From Podarcis filfolensis (Eukaryota): a stretch of 64,000 nt of DNA. Shown here in pieces: positions 24,401 to 35,407 of this stretch. A program made the translations under genes and the position numbers. The stretch's first letter is position 1. Each line of letters begins with the position of its first letter. The stretch lies in the NCBI GenBank assembly GCA_964270895.1, contig OZ185435.1; one strand, 5' to 3'. A model generated the notes under the pieces. It worked only from the letters and a program-made list of their open reading frames with translations, did not search any database and was not told the DNA's origin.

Positions 24401-27400
24401 GAGAGAAGAGGAGGTTATTGTTTTCAGTGCATTATTGGTGATGCTCCCCCTGCCCCACAATGGAAATGAATGATGTGTATTCATACAATAATGTAATTAA
24501 TTGCATTCTTAAATTTGGCCACAGTGAACAGTGAGCTGGATAACATTTTTTTGCAGAAGCTGAACTGCAGCAGAATAGAAATAGAGCTGCAGACAATGAA
24601 TATGGGACAAAAAAGAAAATGATACCTTTTTACATCCCTAGTGGAGCCTAACCTCTTACTCTCCCAACTTCTACTGTTTTCCCAATTGTCTATTTTAGAT
24701 CGTGAGCATCTTGAGGGAAGTGGCCAGTCTATTTTTCCCTATGCAGCTCTGCAAGGCACCACGTACCCTGTTGGCTCTCTACCAATAAATAAATGATAAA
24801 AGAGAGCATCGGGCACTGGGCCAACATAGGCCCCACTGAGACCAAAAATAATCTGCCTTGCCATCATCTATGCCAAGAGGAATTTGGGACCACCAGACAC
24901 TCACGAAGATATGCAGGAACTTGAGGATACGTTTGTGGGTCAGAATGTGTAGGACGTTCCCTGAGATGGGCTCGATAACAGGCAGCCGATGGATCTTGTG
25001 CTTAATCAAGGAATAAACAGCATCAAATAGGCTAGGAAAGGGAGAAACAAAAGGGCAATATGACATGCCTGGAGATTGGCTCCCTGTACCCAGGGACTGT
25101 ACCCATTTACTGCTTCCACTTTGGGCATCGTGCAGCACAGCTGCTCTAAATGGAGTAGGCGTTGTGAGACAGTGAAGGTTCCCCCACCCCTATTATGGAC
25201 AAAGGCTCTGTGCATTCAGCTGTTTGACAGGCAGCAATCAACAAGTGAAGTGTTTCCTGGCAAGGAACTGATGAGTAAAACTTCACTCTTTTATACCAAC
25301 TGCCATGCAGTTGTTAAAAGTACAAGACTCTTTCCATTAAAGCTAGCCACACTATTATTATGTATTCATTAAAATTCTTTCCCACCTTTCCTGCCAAAGA
25401 GGAGGGATCTGTGGGAGGAGTAAGCAAGCATCAGGAATGACTTACCTATCATTTGGGGAGATGCACACCAAGGGTTTGAAGAAACCTTGCAAATACACCT
25501 CTGGGGAGAAAGGAAAGCGTCTGAATAGTATATGGAACCGTTGCCCTAGGTAAGATGGGAGAACTACTACAGGTTAAGGATGAAGCTACTTCTGTGAGGG
25601 GAGGGGAATCTGGCAAAAGAGGTCAGTCGGGTTTCCAATCTATTTAGAAGGATGTTGAGTTTCTGAGATTTTGGCATACAACAGCTTGAGGTCACTATAC
25701 CATATGGTTAATCACTGCCAAGTTGAAGATGATTTACCATAACATCAACTTTCTTCCCATGTTATGTGCACTGAAAGCATCTCAGAAATTGGAACAGTGA
25801 TTCAATGTATAATACTTTTTTTAAAATAATTTTATTATTTATATCCTGCCCATCTGGCTGGGTTTCCCCACTTTGAAGAGAGAAAGGGTACTATAGGTGT
25901 TATACTGAATCAAACCAATGGTCCATTTAGCCTAGCACTGCCTGCGTCCTGATTGGCAGCCACCCTCCAGGGTTTTAGCTAGGGGGCATTTCCCTACCCA
26001 AACAGGAGATGCCAGGGATTGAATCTCAGATCATTTGCAAGCAGAGCATGTGCTCTACCACTGAACATGCAAGCAGTGAGCAGATGGAGGAGGATCCTCC
26101 CTGAGCCTTGCACCTTCCCTGTGAATCAGGGGCAGCCCACATGGTGCCCTCCACATGTTGGATTTCACTTGCCATCATCCTTGACCATTGGGCCATGCTG
26201 GCTAAGGATGAAAAGAGTTGGATCAACATCTGAAAGGTACCGCATTAGCTGCCCCTCTTCTGGGTGGTTGTGTGGACCAAGCTCAAAGGGAGAGGGTAAG
26301 TAGAAACACTAGGGACAGAAATGGGACAGGATCCAATGAGCTCACAGCAATGGGCTACAGCACATGGAATTTCATCAGAATGCAGCAAAAGAGCCTGTAG
26401 TGCAAGGAGGGTGAACCTGTGACCCTCCAGATTGTTATTGGTCATCCTGGCAAGGGCTGATGGAGCCCATCAAAACCAGAAGTCACTGGTTTCCAATCCC
26501 TAGAGTACTGTAACCTAAACCCTTTGCCTAGGGGCTGGGGTGGCCAATGGGCCCCAACTCCCATCAGCCCTAGCCAGCATGGCCAATGGGAGGGAATTAT
26601 GGGAGCTGTTGTCCTTTAGATGTTGTTGGACTAAATGCTGGCCGCGCCTTGTCTAGAGGCAAGACTATCAAGTAGGAAGGGATACCAAGTTAAGAGAGGA
26701 ACTGTTTAAATCAAGGCCAGAAGCAGGGAGACAGACGTAAACATGTGCACACACACACACAGAGTGCAATTCACCTTCCACTGCTGACAATCAATTTTAA
26801 AGATATTCAATAGCATCCATGCATACACTACTCCCCCTAGTGGTGCCCTGCTCACCTCTCCACGTTTCAATTTTGTGTTCCTCGATCTCATATATCTGAA
26901 CCTAAAAACAGCACAAAATGATACTCGTAAGCAGGGTGATGTCACCCACAAAAGGATAAGATAGTGAGAGTTCCAAGCAGCCCAGACTTGTACTTTGAAG
27001 TCACAGGTCCTCTTGCTTCGCTGTCACCCCTCTGGCCCTGCCCACCCCCCTCCGTCCCTGTACATATTGGGAGGGAGATGCTGGAAGCTGGTTTGCTCCA
27101 GATCTTGCAAAGGCAAATGAGCAGTCCTGGAAAACTCACCAGAGGTGATCGGTAGTAGCGATGTAGGATGTTAATGAAGTCAGTGATAGTCAACATACCT
27201 GCAGTAAGAGAGAGTAGGGGGAAAGAGGAAAAGGAAGAGAGTGGATACACATAGGTGTAGGTCTGGAAGAGCTGAAGGGCTACCTTGTGCAGGCCCCAGT
27301 TCTCAGGACAGCAGATGGTTGAGCCTTTCCTTAATAAGGCACCTGCAGAATTCCTGCACACACCCAACCTTGCCTTCTTGACCATCCCTAGTACAGTTTG

Positions 27401-30072
27401 AATGGCCAGCAGTAGTCCTATGAAATCCCAATTCACACTGCCTTTTGCCCAAAACCTGCTGTCCTGTGTTGCCCTCCTGAACGCAGCATCACTTACCCAC
27501 AAAACACTGCTGCTTGTTGTCCCAGAGAGGGGCTGCTCGCACCCCATTGGCCACCATGGCTAAGAAGGCCTTCTTTATCTGGGGACAGGAGGAAAAAAGA
27601 ATAGGTGGGCCGGACTTGCAGTTGCTATTCAATATTCCTGTCTATCTGCAGTTAGGAGTAGTCAATGTGGTGCCCTTCAGGTCTTGTTGGGCTTCAGCCC
27701 CCGTCATCCTTACCATTGGTCTGAGGCTGATGGGAATTGTAGTACAATATCTGGAAGGCACCACATTGGTCAGGCCAGATCTACAGGGTGAGGAAAGCAT
27801 CCAGCTAAGAAGGCTGGGCAGGGGAAAATCCAGAAGTAATCGCCCACACTGCACCCTCTTGGACTCCAACTCTGTGTAGCAATTATATTCTTCTGCTAGA
27901 CTAGATATTATTAAACATTGTGGTTCAATTTTAGGGCCTTAGGCCTATTTTTTACCAAATGATGTGGCTTGGACTTTCTTCCAAGTTTGCTCTCTTCCCA
28001 TGATTCTACCTCCTCCTAAATCACAGCTCTAGGAATGTGATGAACTACAACAAATATGAGGGAAGGTAAACTTGCAGCAGCAGGAATAACCTGATGAAAC
28101 AGGTAGAATTGCTTCATCCTGAAAGTGAGCATCTATTTGTTTAATCCTTGCAGACGGATTTGAGTTCCTATATCCAGCTCTGCCAGTGTCATAAGAAGAG
28201 TCCAAAGGCCCGCCTAGTCCAGAATCCTGTTCTCACAGTAGCCATTCAGATGCATATTGAAAACCAACAGCACTCTCTCCACTTGTATTCCAAAATAGTT
28301 AGTATTCAGAGGCCTACTGCCTCCTAAAATGGAGGGAGAACAGTCATTGCAGCTAGTAACCATTGATAGCTTCGTGCTCTATTAATTTCTACAGCTCCCC
28401 ACAACACACACACTGCCTGCCATAACAGAAAGTCAAGTACCAGTACCTGACAGATTAGGAAGTTGAAAACTGCTGAGTGTAGTGTAGTTATAAGGGAGGA
28501 GGGCAGACATGTGCTAAAAGGGTAGGGAAACCCCCACAAACTTCAGTGTAGAATCCCTGTCAGGGCAGGTCACACTGCCAGGGGTGCAAGCGCTGTCTGA
28601 AGTTACTCGTGTCTGCACTGGCATGCAAGATATTTTATTCTGCCTTCCCTACTCCTTGGGTGGAATTCAATGTGACTCTATGGCAATTGGTCCATCAGGT
28701 TTTCAGCTTCCCCTGAGCCAATTTCAGATAACATGTGGGGACATGTTGCACTAGTGTAAGTCCTCATGTTGGCTTCCACTAACAGGACTAGTTAAATGAA
28801 TGCTGCCCCTTTATGATTTTTCTTGTGTGAACAGCGTTATTCATCCTTCTGTACACCAATCTGGAATTGTATGATGAACAGTTCAGAAACATTATAAATT
28901 TAAAATATAAATATAAATATAAAATAAAACCAGAAGCGTTCCTCAAGTATAATTGTTTACTTTTCCCATAGAAGTGAAAAGCAAGCATTCACTTACATAC
29001 GGAAAGAAAAGAGATACCATCAGGTTGGAACTATGCTGCTTCCAATTATTCCCAACCCTCAGTTATCTGAGCCACTCACATTCAAGCCTTTTGCACACTC
29101 CCATCTGCACCATTCCACCCTGTATTCTATTTTGAGAACTAGCTTTTCTTGAGTGCTGATAACAATTTTACTAGGAACATTGAGAGGGAGCAGAGCTGTT
29201 GACTTGAGCCTATTGGACTACTGTCCTGTCTGTGCTGGATGTTTCAGGATTTGTAACAGGGATAGGGACTCCAAGTCATATCAGTCCCAACAGTATCTGG
29301 ATTGCCACAGGTTCCCCACCCAGATTAGTAAAGAACTGAGCTTCCATTATCCCATTATTAAAATGACCAGCTTTCTATCCCCTTCCTTGACCCACAACAG
29401 CTCCCACTTCCCCCCTTACCTGCAAGGTTGTGTCAAACACTACCAGTTTGGAGCTGGTGGGAATGGCATCATAACAGTGGTGGCGCCGCATGAAATGCAT
29501 GTAAGTCTCAGCATCCGGTCCCAGCAAATCAGTATCAGGACCAAACCCAAGAATTTCACAGTCGAGAGAAATGATGTCACCATCGTCATCTTTGTTGCTC
29601 TCATCTGGCTTGGTGACTTCTGATGTTGCTTTGGCATCCACAACCGTGCCTTTGTTTTGCCGACTGGCATCTTTAACATTCAGGGTGGGGGCACTGGCGT
29701 TCCAGCTCTTGCACCTGCCTCTTGGCATCACGTCCTCCTTGCCCCCTGGACCTGTTTGTCTCCTATCTGTCACTGTGGCCTGTGGTCCACCGTAGTTGTC
29801 AGCTGTATCCAGTTCTCTGGCCTCTGAATCTGCAGCCTTAATATCCGATTCCGTAGCAACGGCATCCCCAGCTGTTACTTTGCCATCCCGATTTGCAGTC
29901 TTGGCATCCAGCCCAACAGCTCTGGGATCCCCGTCCATGGTCCTGCCATCTGACATCACATTCATCATGCTCAACTCTGGACCTTTGCCATCTGCAGCCA
30001 GGTCCTTGGCCTCTTGCCCTACAACCTTGGCTTCCAACGCTGATTCCTTAACATCCAGAGACAGGTTGGGGC
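21440..30072 (-). CDS. PRKAG3: AMP-activated protein kinase gamma-3 regulatory subunit (4 CBS domains); 10 firmly supported coding exons
   Basis: Minus-strand exons: 29420-30072, 27497-27578, 27140-27198, 26856-26901, 25446-25500, 24905-25031, 24228-24393, 23514-23551, 22791-22937, 21440-21556 (TAA). The sizes 82/59/46/55/127/166/38/147/117 are the canonical PRKAG exon series. Peptides: [97 protein letters not shown]. The C-terminus (TPAGIDAL) and linkage to TTLL4 indicate gamma-3. Confidence 0.95.
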
Positions 30073-30544
30073 CTAGTGGGTAAGGGGAGGCATTGCAAAT
30101 CCAGACACCAAAAACTTCTTGGTAGGTGAAACATTTAAGTAATCTTGGCCCTTTTGACTGACACAACCTTCCCTCCTTCTCACTAAGCCTAAAGAAATGG
30201 TATGTTCTCACATAAACTGCAGGAACACGCATGCTGAGCTGAACAACCCATGACTTGCACAGAGAACCAGCCAAAAGCTGCAGCAGTCACTGACCAACCC
30301 TACCCCACCCTGCCCCACAGAGCACATCCAGTTAGTTGATTGTTTACATCCCTTGACAGGCAGCAACCCACACACTTCAGCCTAAGGTGATGGCATTCGT
30401 TGATTTCAGACAGAGCCCAAACTCTCTTCTGCAAATTTTACAGTAGAGGGGAAAGTGTAAAAGGGGCTAACTACTTGCTCTGAAAAAGCAGACCCGGTCA
30501 GCAGGGGCTGTATACTGTATTTATTCACACATTTCTGTGGCAGT

Positions 30545-30700
30545 TGAATAACTTCATTATCTTTATTGATTGCCCTCACAACAACCCTGTGAGGTAGGTC
30601 ACCAATATTCCCATCTGACAGATAGAAAATGGAGGATGGACAATACTGGGCTTATCCAAGGAATCTAAGTATGAGCCCAGATTTTGAACTCAGGCCTCAC
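30545..30700. mobile_element. MIR/CORE-like SINE remnant
   Basis: cctcacaacaaccctgtgaggtagg...cccatctgacagatagaaaatggagg resembles the CORE-SINE consensus. Confidence 0.5.
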
Positions 30701-32379
30701 ATAATTCAATTTTGTAAGATGACATTAGGATGGGTTTCACAGGTACTAGCAGAACTGGAGCCATTCTCAAACAGGAAAGCAAAAAGTGAAATCTGGGTAC
30801 AACTGAAATTTTCCAAGACTAGAATGATAGGGGAGGCAGTGGTTCGGATGGCTCGCAGCATGGCTCAAAAAGTGATGTATAATGTCCCAAAGTTAGTACA
30901 CACAATCATGCTGTTATGGATTAGCAAGTTTAGAAGACACTCAAAGCAGGCAATTAACACCCCAAACTGTTCCCTGCAACACATGTCATGAGTCAGTCTG
31001 GCTGGCAGGCAGTGAAGTCTGTACTTGAAAGCGGTCACTCCACCACCGGCAGGCAAAACCAGTGCACTACCCACCTGCTTCCTGAGGCTGGAGGCCATTG
31101 CTCAGTGGTGCTGCCTGGGAGTTAAGGAAAAATGGAGAGAGTTAAAAAGTGGCCTCTGTGATCCACATTCAATGTGCAAAATAGTTCAGCTTTTAGGATC
31201 TGAAGAGTGAGAGCTATAATTCTGCAGTGGACAGGGAACCTCAGACTCCACCCTAGGCCCTCAATCCCCAAAGTGCTACAAATCTAGTTCAAACTGAATG
31301 CTGGAGGGATCAAAAAACTTAGTGCTTCACATATTTTCTGCAGGCAGGGGCCACTTCCTTCATCCTCACGTGGCTGCTGTTTATTTCCTTCCTATTGTTA
31401 CAGCTTTTCAAGTTGCAGGCAGAGTTGTTTGCAGGGAATGTTAAGCATGTTGTGGGAAAGCAGATGTTTAAATCTTGGGTAGGATAACCGTATGTCCCTC
31501 TTTTTACATCATGGGAAAGAGGGTGGCTTAACCAGCTAATACCACAAGGGAATTAAGAAACAGTGACGTGGTGGGAGAGGAGACCTCTAGCTCTAACAAT
31601 CCCCAACAATCATACCTACGGCTTTTCCAGTTAGTACCCAAAGCTAGCATCTGTAAGGACACTGCAGTAAAAGGTCTATTGTAAATGTGGAAGGGGTTCA
31701 CACAGATGATCCAATAAAGCTGATTCAGGCTGCACCCAGTCAGAGACTGTGCATGACAGACAACACACTTAACCGCAATGCATGCGTACTCAGACACAGG
31801 AGGAAACATGTGTAAGAGCAGAGTGCAATCAGACACAGACACATGCTGAGACATGGATGAAACCCCAGACAGAGATTTGGTAGCCCACAATTTTCCTACC
31901 GCAACTGACAGAAAGCAGAAACATGCCAGCTGACAAATATAACCAGTAATTTATTTATTTATTTAATGTGCCAGTTGCTTTATCTTGCCCAGGGCAACCC
32001 AAAGCAACTTACAGCTAAATAAACAAACTAGACAATAAACCCCACACAGATACATTAAAACCAAGAGGGAAGAGAAATACATTAAGAACACCCCACCCAC
32101 TTCTAAAAGGCCGCAGATAAGTTAAGGACCAAAGACCTGGTTTTGGAGGAAAGTTTTAATAATATTAAAAAAGGCACTTGCAAGACAGCAAGAGAGCCAT
32201 ATAGGAATGGGATTCAGCTGCCAACTTTCTCTCACTTCGTTTATGGCTGCACTATTTGCTTGATCGACTGATCAATTAAATGCGTTGATTAAAAAGGTGT
32301 CCTCAGTTCAGCAGATTTCTAAACAAATAGCAACGCCACACGAAATGCATGTTTTCTGATATAGAGGGAGCCAGTTATG

Positions 32380-33500
32380 ACGACACGTGCTTGCATTCTC
32401 TAAAAACAAAACGCGCGTGCGTTTCTCCCTTTGTCTTCAGAGCTTTTGTTTTTGTTCACCCGAATACTTGCGCGGCTCGCATTGATGCATAAGATTTATT
32501 TAAATCGGCAGCAGACGAGTCGGAGCACCGAGTTCAATTTCTAAACGCGAAATTGTTACGGGCCAAGCACGCCTAGGAATCGCACCCGAAGGTGTGGGAG
32601 AGAAAACGCAGAGGGGCAGGCAGCGCTCTGCACGTGCTCAAAAGCTCCGTTCTTGACACTCAAGGGTGTCCAATGAGCTTGGGTAGCACGTCCCGGGGCT
32701 CAGGTAAGCCCCGCTAGCCCCACTCCCCCGGCAACCCAAAGCAGGAAGTGGTCGCGGCGTTGTTGCGCCAGGAAGTGCCCTCCGTCCGTGCTCCCCGGGC
32801 CGGCCTGGCCGGCAGAAAGGCACCCGCCGCGAAGCCCTTTCTCGGGGAGGTCTCTCCGCCGGGCTTACCTGCTCCGAGGCCGGTGCCGCCGCCGCCGCCG
32901 CCCGCTCCATGCCGAGGCAGCTGCTATTTTCGGGCGCCTGGCCGGGGAGCCAGTCCGTGTCAGGAAGGCGGCGGGCCTGGCAGCAACACCCGGGTGCGCG
33001 CGGCGCCAGGAGGGGCGGAGGGGCCACCGCCTGCCGCGCTGTGCGAAGAAGGGCCTTCCCGCCGCCTCCCGGGGGACTCAGGGCAGCGCGCGGCCGCCTC
33101 CCGAGACGGTGGAGGAGGAGCAGGGCATGCCGAGAGCGGGGCTATCCCAGGAGGCGCCGAGGGGTCCTGGGGCGAGGGATGCGGCGAGGAAAGCGGGCTC
33201 CGCTGGGGGGACGGGACGGGGACGCGGCCTCTCGCTCGGGAAGCTTCGGGCGAAGCCTCCTGTTTGCCCTGGAGGGCGGGGGGTGGGGGGAGAGAGCGCG
33301 ACTCGGCTCCGGCTGTAAATAAATCACGGAATGTGCGAAGGGAGGAAGTCGGGGCACAGAAGCCTGTGCGCGGTGGGACAGCGTCTCGCGGGGTGGGAGG
33401 TGGGGCGAGGAGAAGAGATGATGGAGGCTATTGGGGGGGGCAGCCCCTCCCGGGAGGAAGAAGCAAAGGGGTGAAACGCCAGTGATGGGCCGAGGCCAAG
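32380..33500. promoter_or_regulatory. CpG island, probable PRKAG3 promoter region (possibly bidirectional)
   Basis: Sharp rise in GC and CpG content in an otherwise CpG-poor window. It contains tandem ETS-type CAGGAAGTG motifs (32742, 32769), CACGTG E-boxes, GC boxes and G-rich runs, and overlaps the candidate first exon. Confidence 0.8.
32869..32910 (-). CDS. PRKAG3: Probable first coding exon of PRKAG3 (MERAAAAAAPASEQ)
   Basis: Minus-strand ATG in strong context (GGC-ATG-G) inside the CpG island, followed by 14 codons and a strong donor CAG|GTAAGC. It ends in phase 0, so a small phase 0-to-1 linker exon is needed before the 30072 acceptor; the candidate is 31620-31650. Confidence 0.55.
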
Positions 33501-35310
33501 AGGAGCCGTTGTAGAGGTACAGTCCCTGGTGCAATGGGGACACTATAACCTGGCTCCCCAGGGCAGAGACTGTTCCCGCTTGCAGCGGGCTTCTTTCTTT
33601 CAGAAGGCCCCTATGCCTTTAAAAGCTGTGAGGTAGGCAGACGTTCAGCTGGCGAAGTCACTCCCACCCGCAAGGAGTACTGATTGGAAAGCAATGCAAC
33701 TTCCATCTGTTGCATTAAAAAAACAAAAAAAAAACCCTATTGTAGTATCAAGGATATAAGGTAAAAATTGTAATTTTAATGGGTGAACCCTCCAGCCTTT
33801 TCCCCACCAGTCCCTCATATCCTTTTAGCCACAAACTCATCCCCTTCCTATGTTCCAGCAACATAATATTCCCAGTATTCTTTTTAAAAATGCTAGTAAA
33901 GTTTGTCTTTACAAAAGCATTTGGAAAAAAGGAGCTCATGTATTCCCAAAAGGGTTTGGGCCATGATAACACTTTTAAAATAGGCCACTTGTTCCTGAAT
34001 GTTCACCTAGCCAACTCATTTATCTGAAGCAGCGTAGCTGCTTTGCAACCCTAATGAATCTGTGTGGAGCAAAGCAGCTTGTGATTCAGTAGTGCTTGAT
34101 AGGTATGTTACCTGAAATGGCAGGAGAAAATGTAAAAGTGTGCACACAATTACAACTTCAGTTGGAATCGTAGAAAATGCTAGTCTAGAGTGGCACCATT
34201 ACAAGATAATTCTAGACCATGTGTTGACTTGTTCCATCATTGCCTTTCAGTTGTTAAAAGCACAGGACTGCAGATTATAGTTCCCCCAATACTAGATAGA
34301 TGCTGTAATTAATTGTCAGTGAGTGAGGAAGCATCCTAAATAAATGGGATATTCTTTTGCTCAGGGCTGTCCTCAGAGAAACACAGGAAGCCAATAATGT
34401 AAAATATATATACAGATCCGACACCTGCACACTGGCAGCAGCACAGGCTGAGTTTCATTGATCAGTATTGTCCATTTTGAATTATTGGGAGTAACTCGGT
34501 TTCCTATACTGCAGGTCTGGGATATGTGTGTGTATCTTGACTGCACCATCCTACCACTTCACAAGCTGTCTGGCTCTACCATAATAAGGTCAGCATTATC
34601 TGCTGCAAGGAACAGCCACAAGTAAATAGTGCCAGTAGTCAGGAATGATAGGGGTTGTAAGTCCAGAACATCTGGAAGGCACCACATTGGCTACCCCCAC
34701 AGCACGTAAAGCAAGACATAACATAGGAAGCCTGGGAAAGGGAGCAAACAGTGAAATGTGACATCATCATCACATTCATTTAAAACACATTTTCTCTGTG
34801 CGCACAATGTTTATCATATCTTGATTAAAATTTAGCAAGACCAGTAGAAGCCAGATAAGACTGTTTGGATAGAAGCCAGATGTGACCCATGGGCTGCAAA
34901 TTGACCTTCCCTGGGATTAGCTGCAGGGATTGGAAGCACTAAAACCGACCATACCCAATCTCGCAATTAAAAGTCCTTACAGCTTATATGTGGGCTAGCA
35001 TACAGCTTGGTTGCCCAATAAAGGCAGCGTGAAACAGCTTATTAGTTTATAGAGCAGCATGAAGATAGATGTTCATGGCAACATAATTAGAGCCTGCCTG
35101 GATTAGGCCAAGAGTCCATCTAGGCAAGCATCCTGTGTTGTTTTTTACAGTAGCCAGCCTCAAGCCTCTCTAGGAAAGGCCTCCTGTGTGGCCCCTAGCA
35201 ATTGGCTTTCAGAAGCATTAGTACAATACACATATCTGTCCTCCATGAATTTATCTAGTCCCCCTTTAAAACAATTTAAACTTACTTGAGCAGGAGAACA
35301 ATTTCTGGCT

Positions 35311-35407
35311 TGAATTGTAGAGTTGGAAGGGCGCTCGAGGGTCATCCAGTCCAACCCCTTGCAATGCAGGAATCTTTTGCCCAACGTGGGGCTCAAACTC
35401 ACGGCCC
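35311..35407 (-). mobile_element. 5'-truncated SINE with a tRNA-Lys(CTT)-like head and CR1-like tail
   Basis: The reverse complement reads GTGAGTTTGAGCCCCACGTTGGGC, close to the tRNA-Lys 3' half GTGGGTTCGAGCCCCACGTTGGGCG. It is joined to ttggactggatgacc...ccttccaactctacaatt. Confidence 0.65.

Noticed and set aside
32638-33543. Long ORFs (245, 176, 137, 133 and 129 aa) in several frames
   Set aside because: They are a by-product of stop-codon depletion in the CpG island and give low-complexity G/A/R/P peptides. Only the 14-codon ATG-to-donor segment is supported.
35365-35407. Possible tRNA-Lys gene
   Set aside because: Only the 3' half is present, it has mismatches, and it is fused to a CR1 tail, so it is a SINE rather than a functional tRNA.
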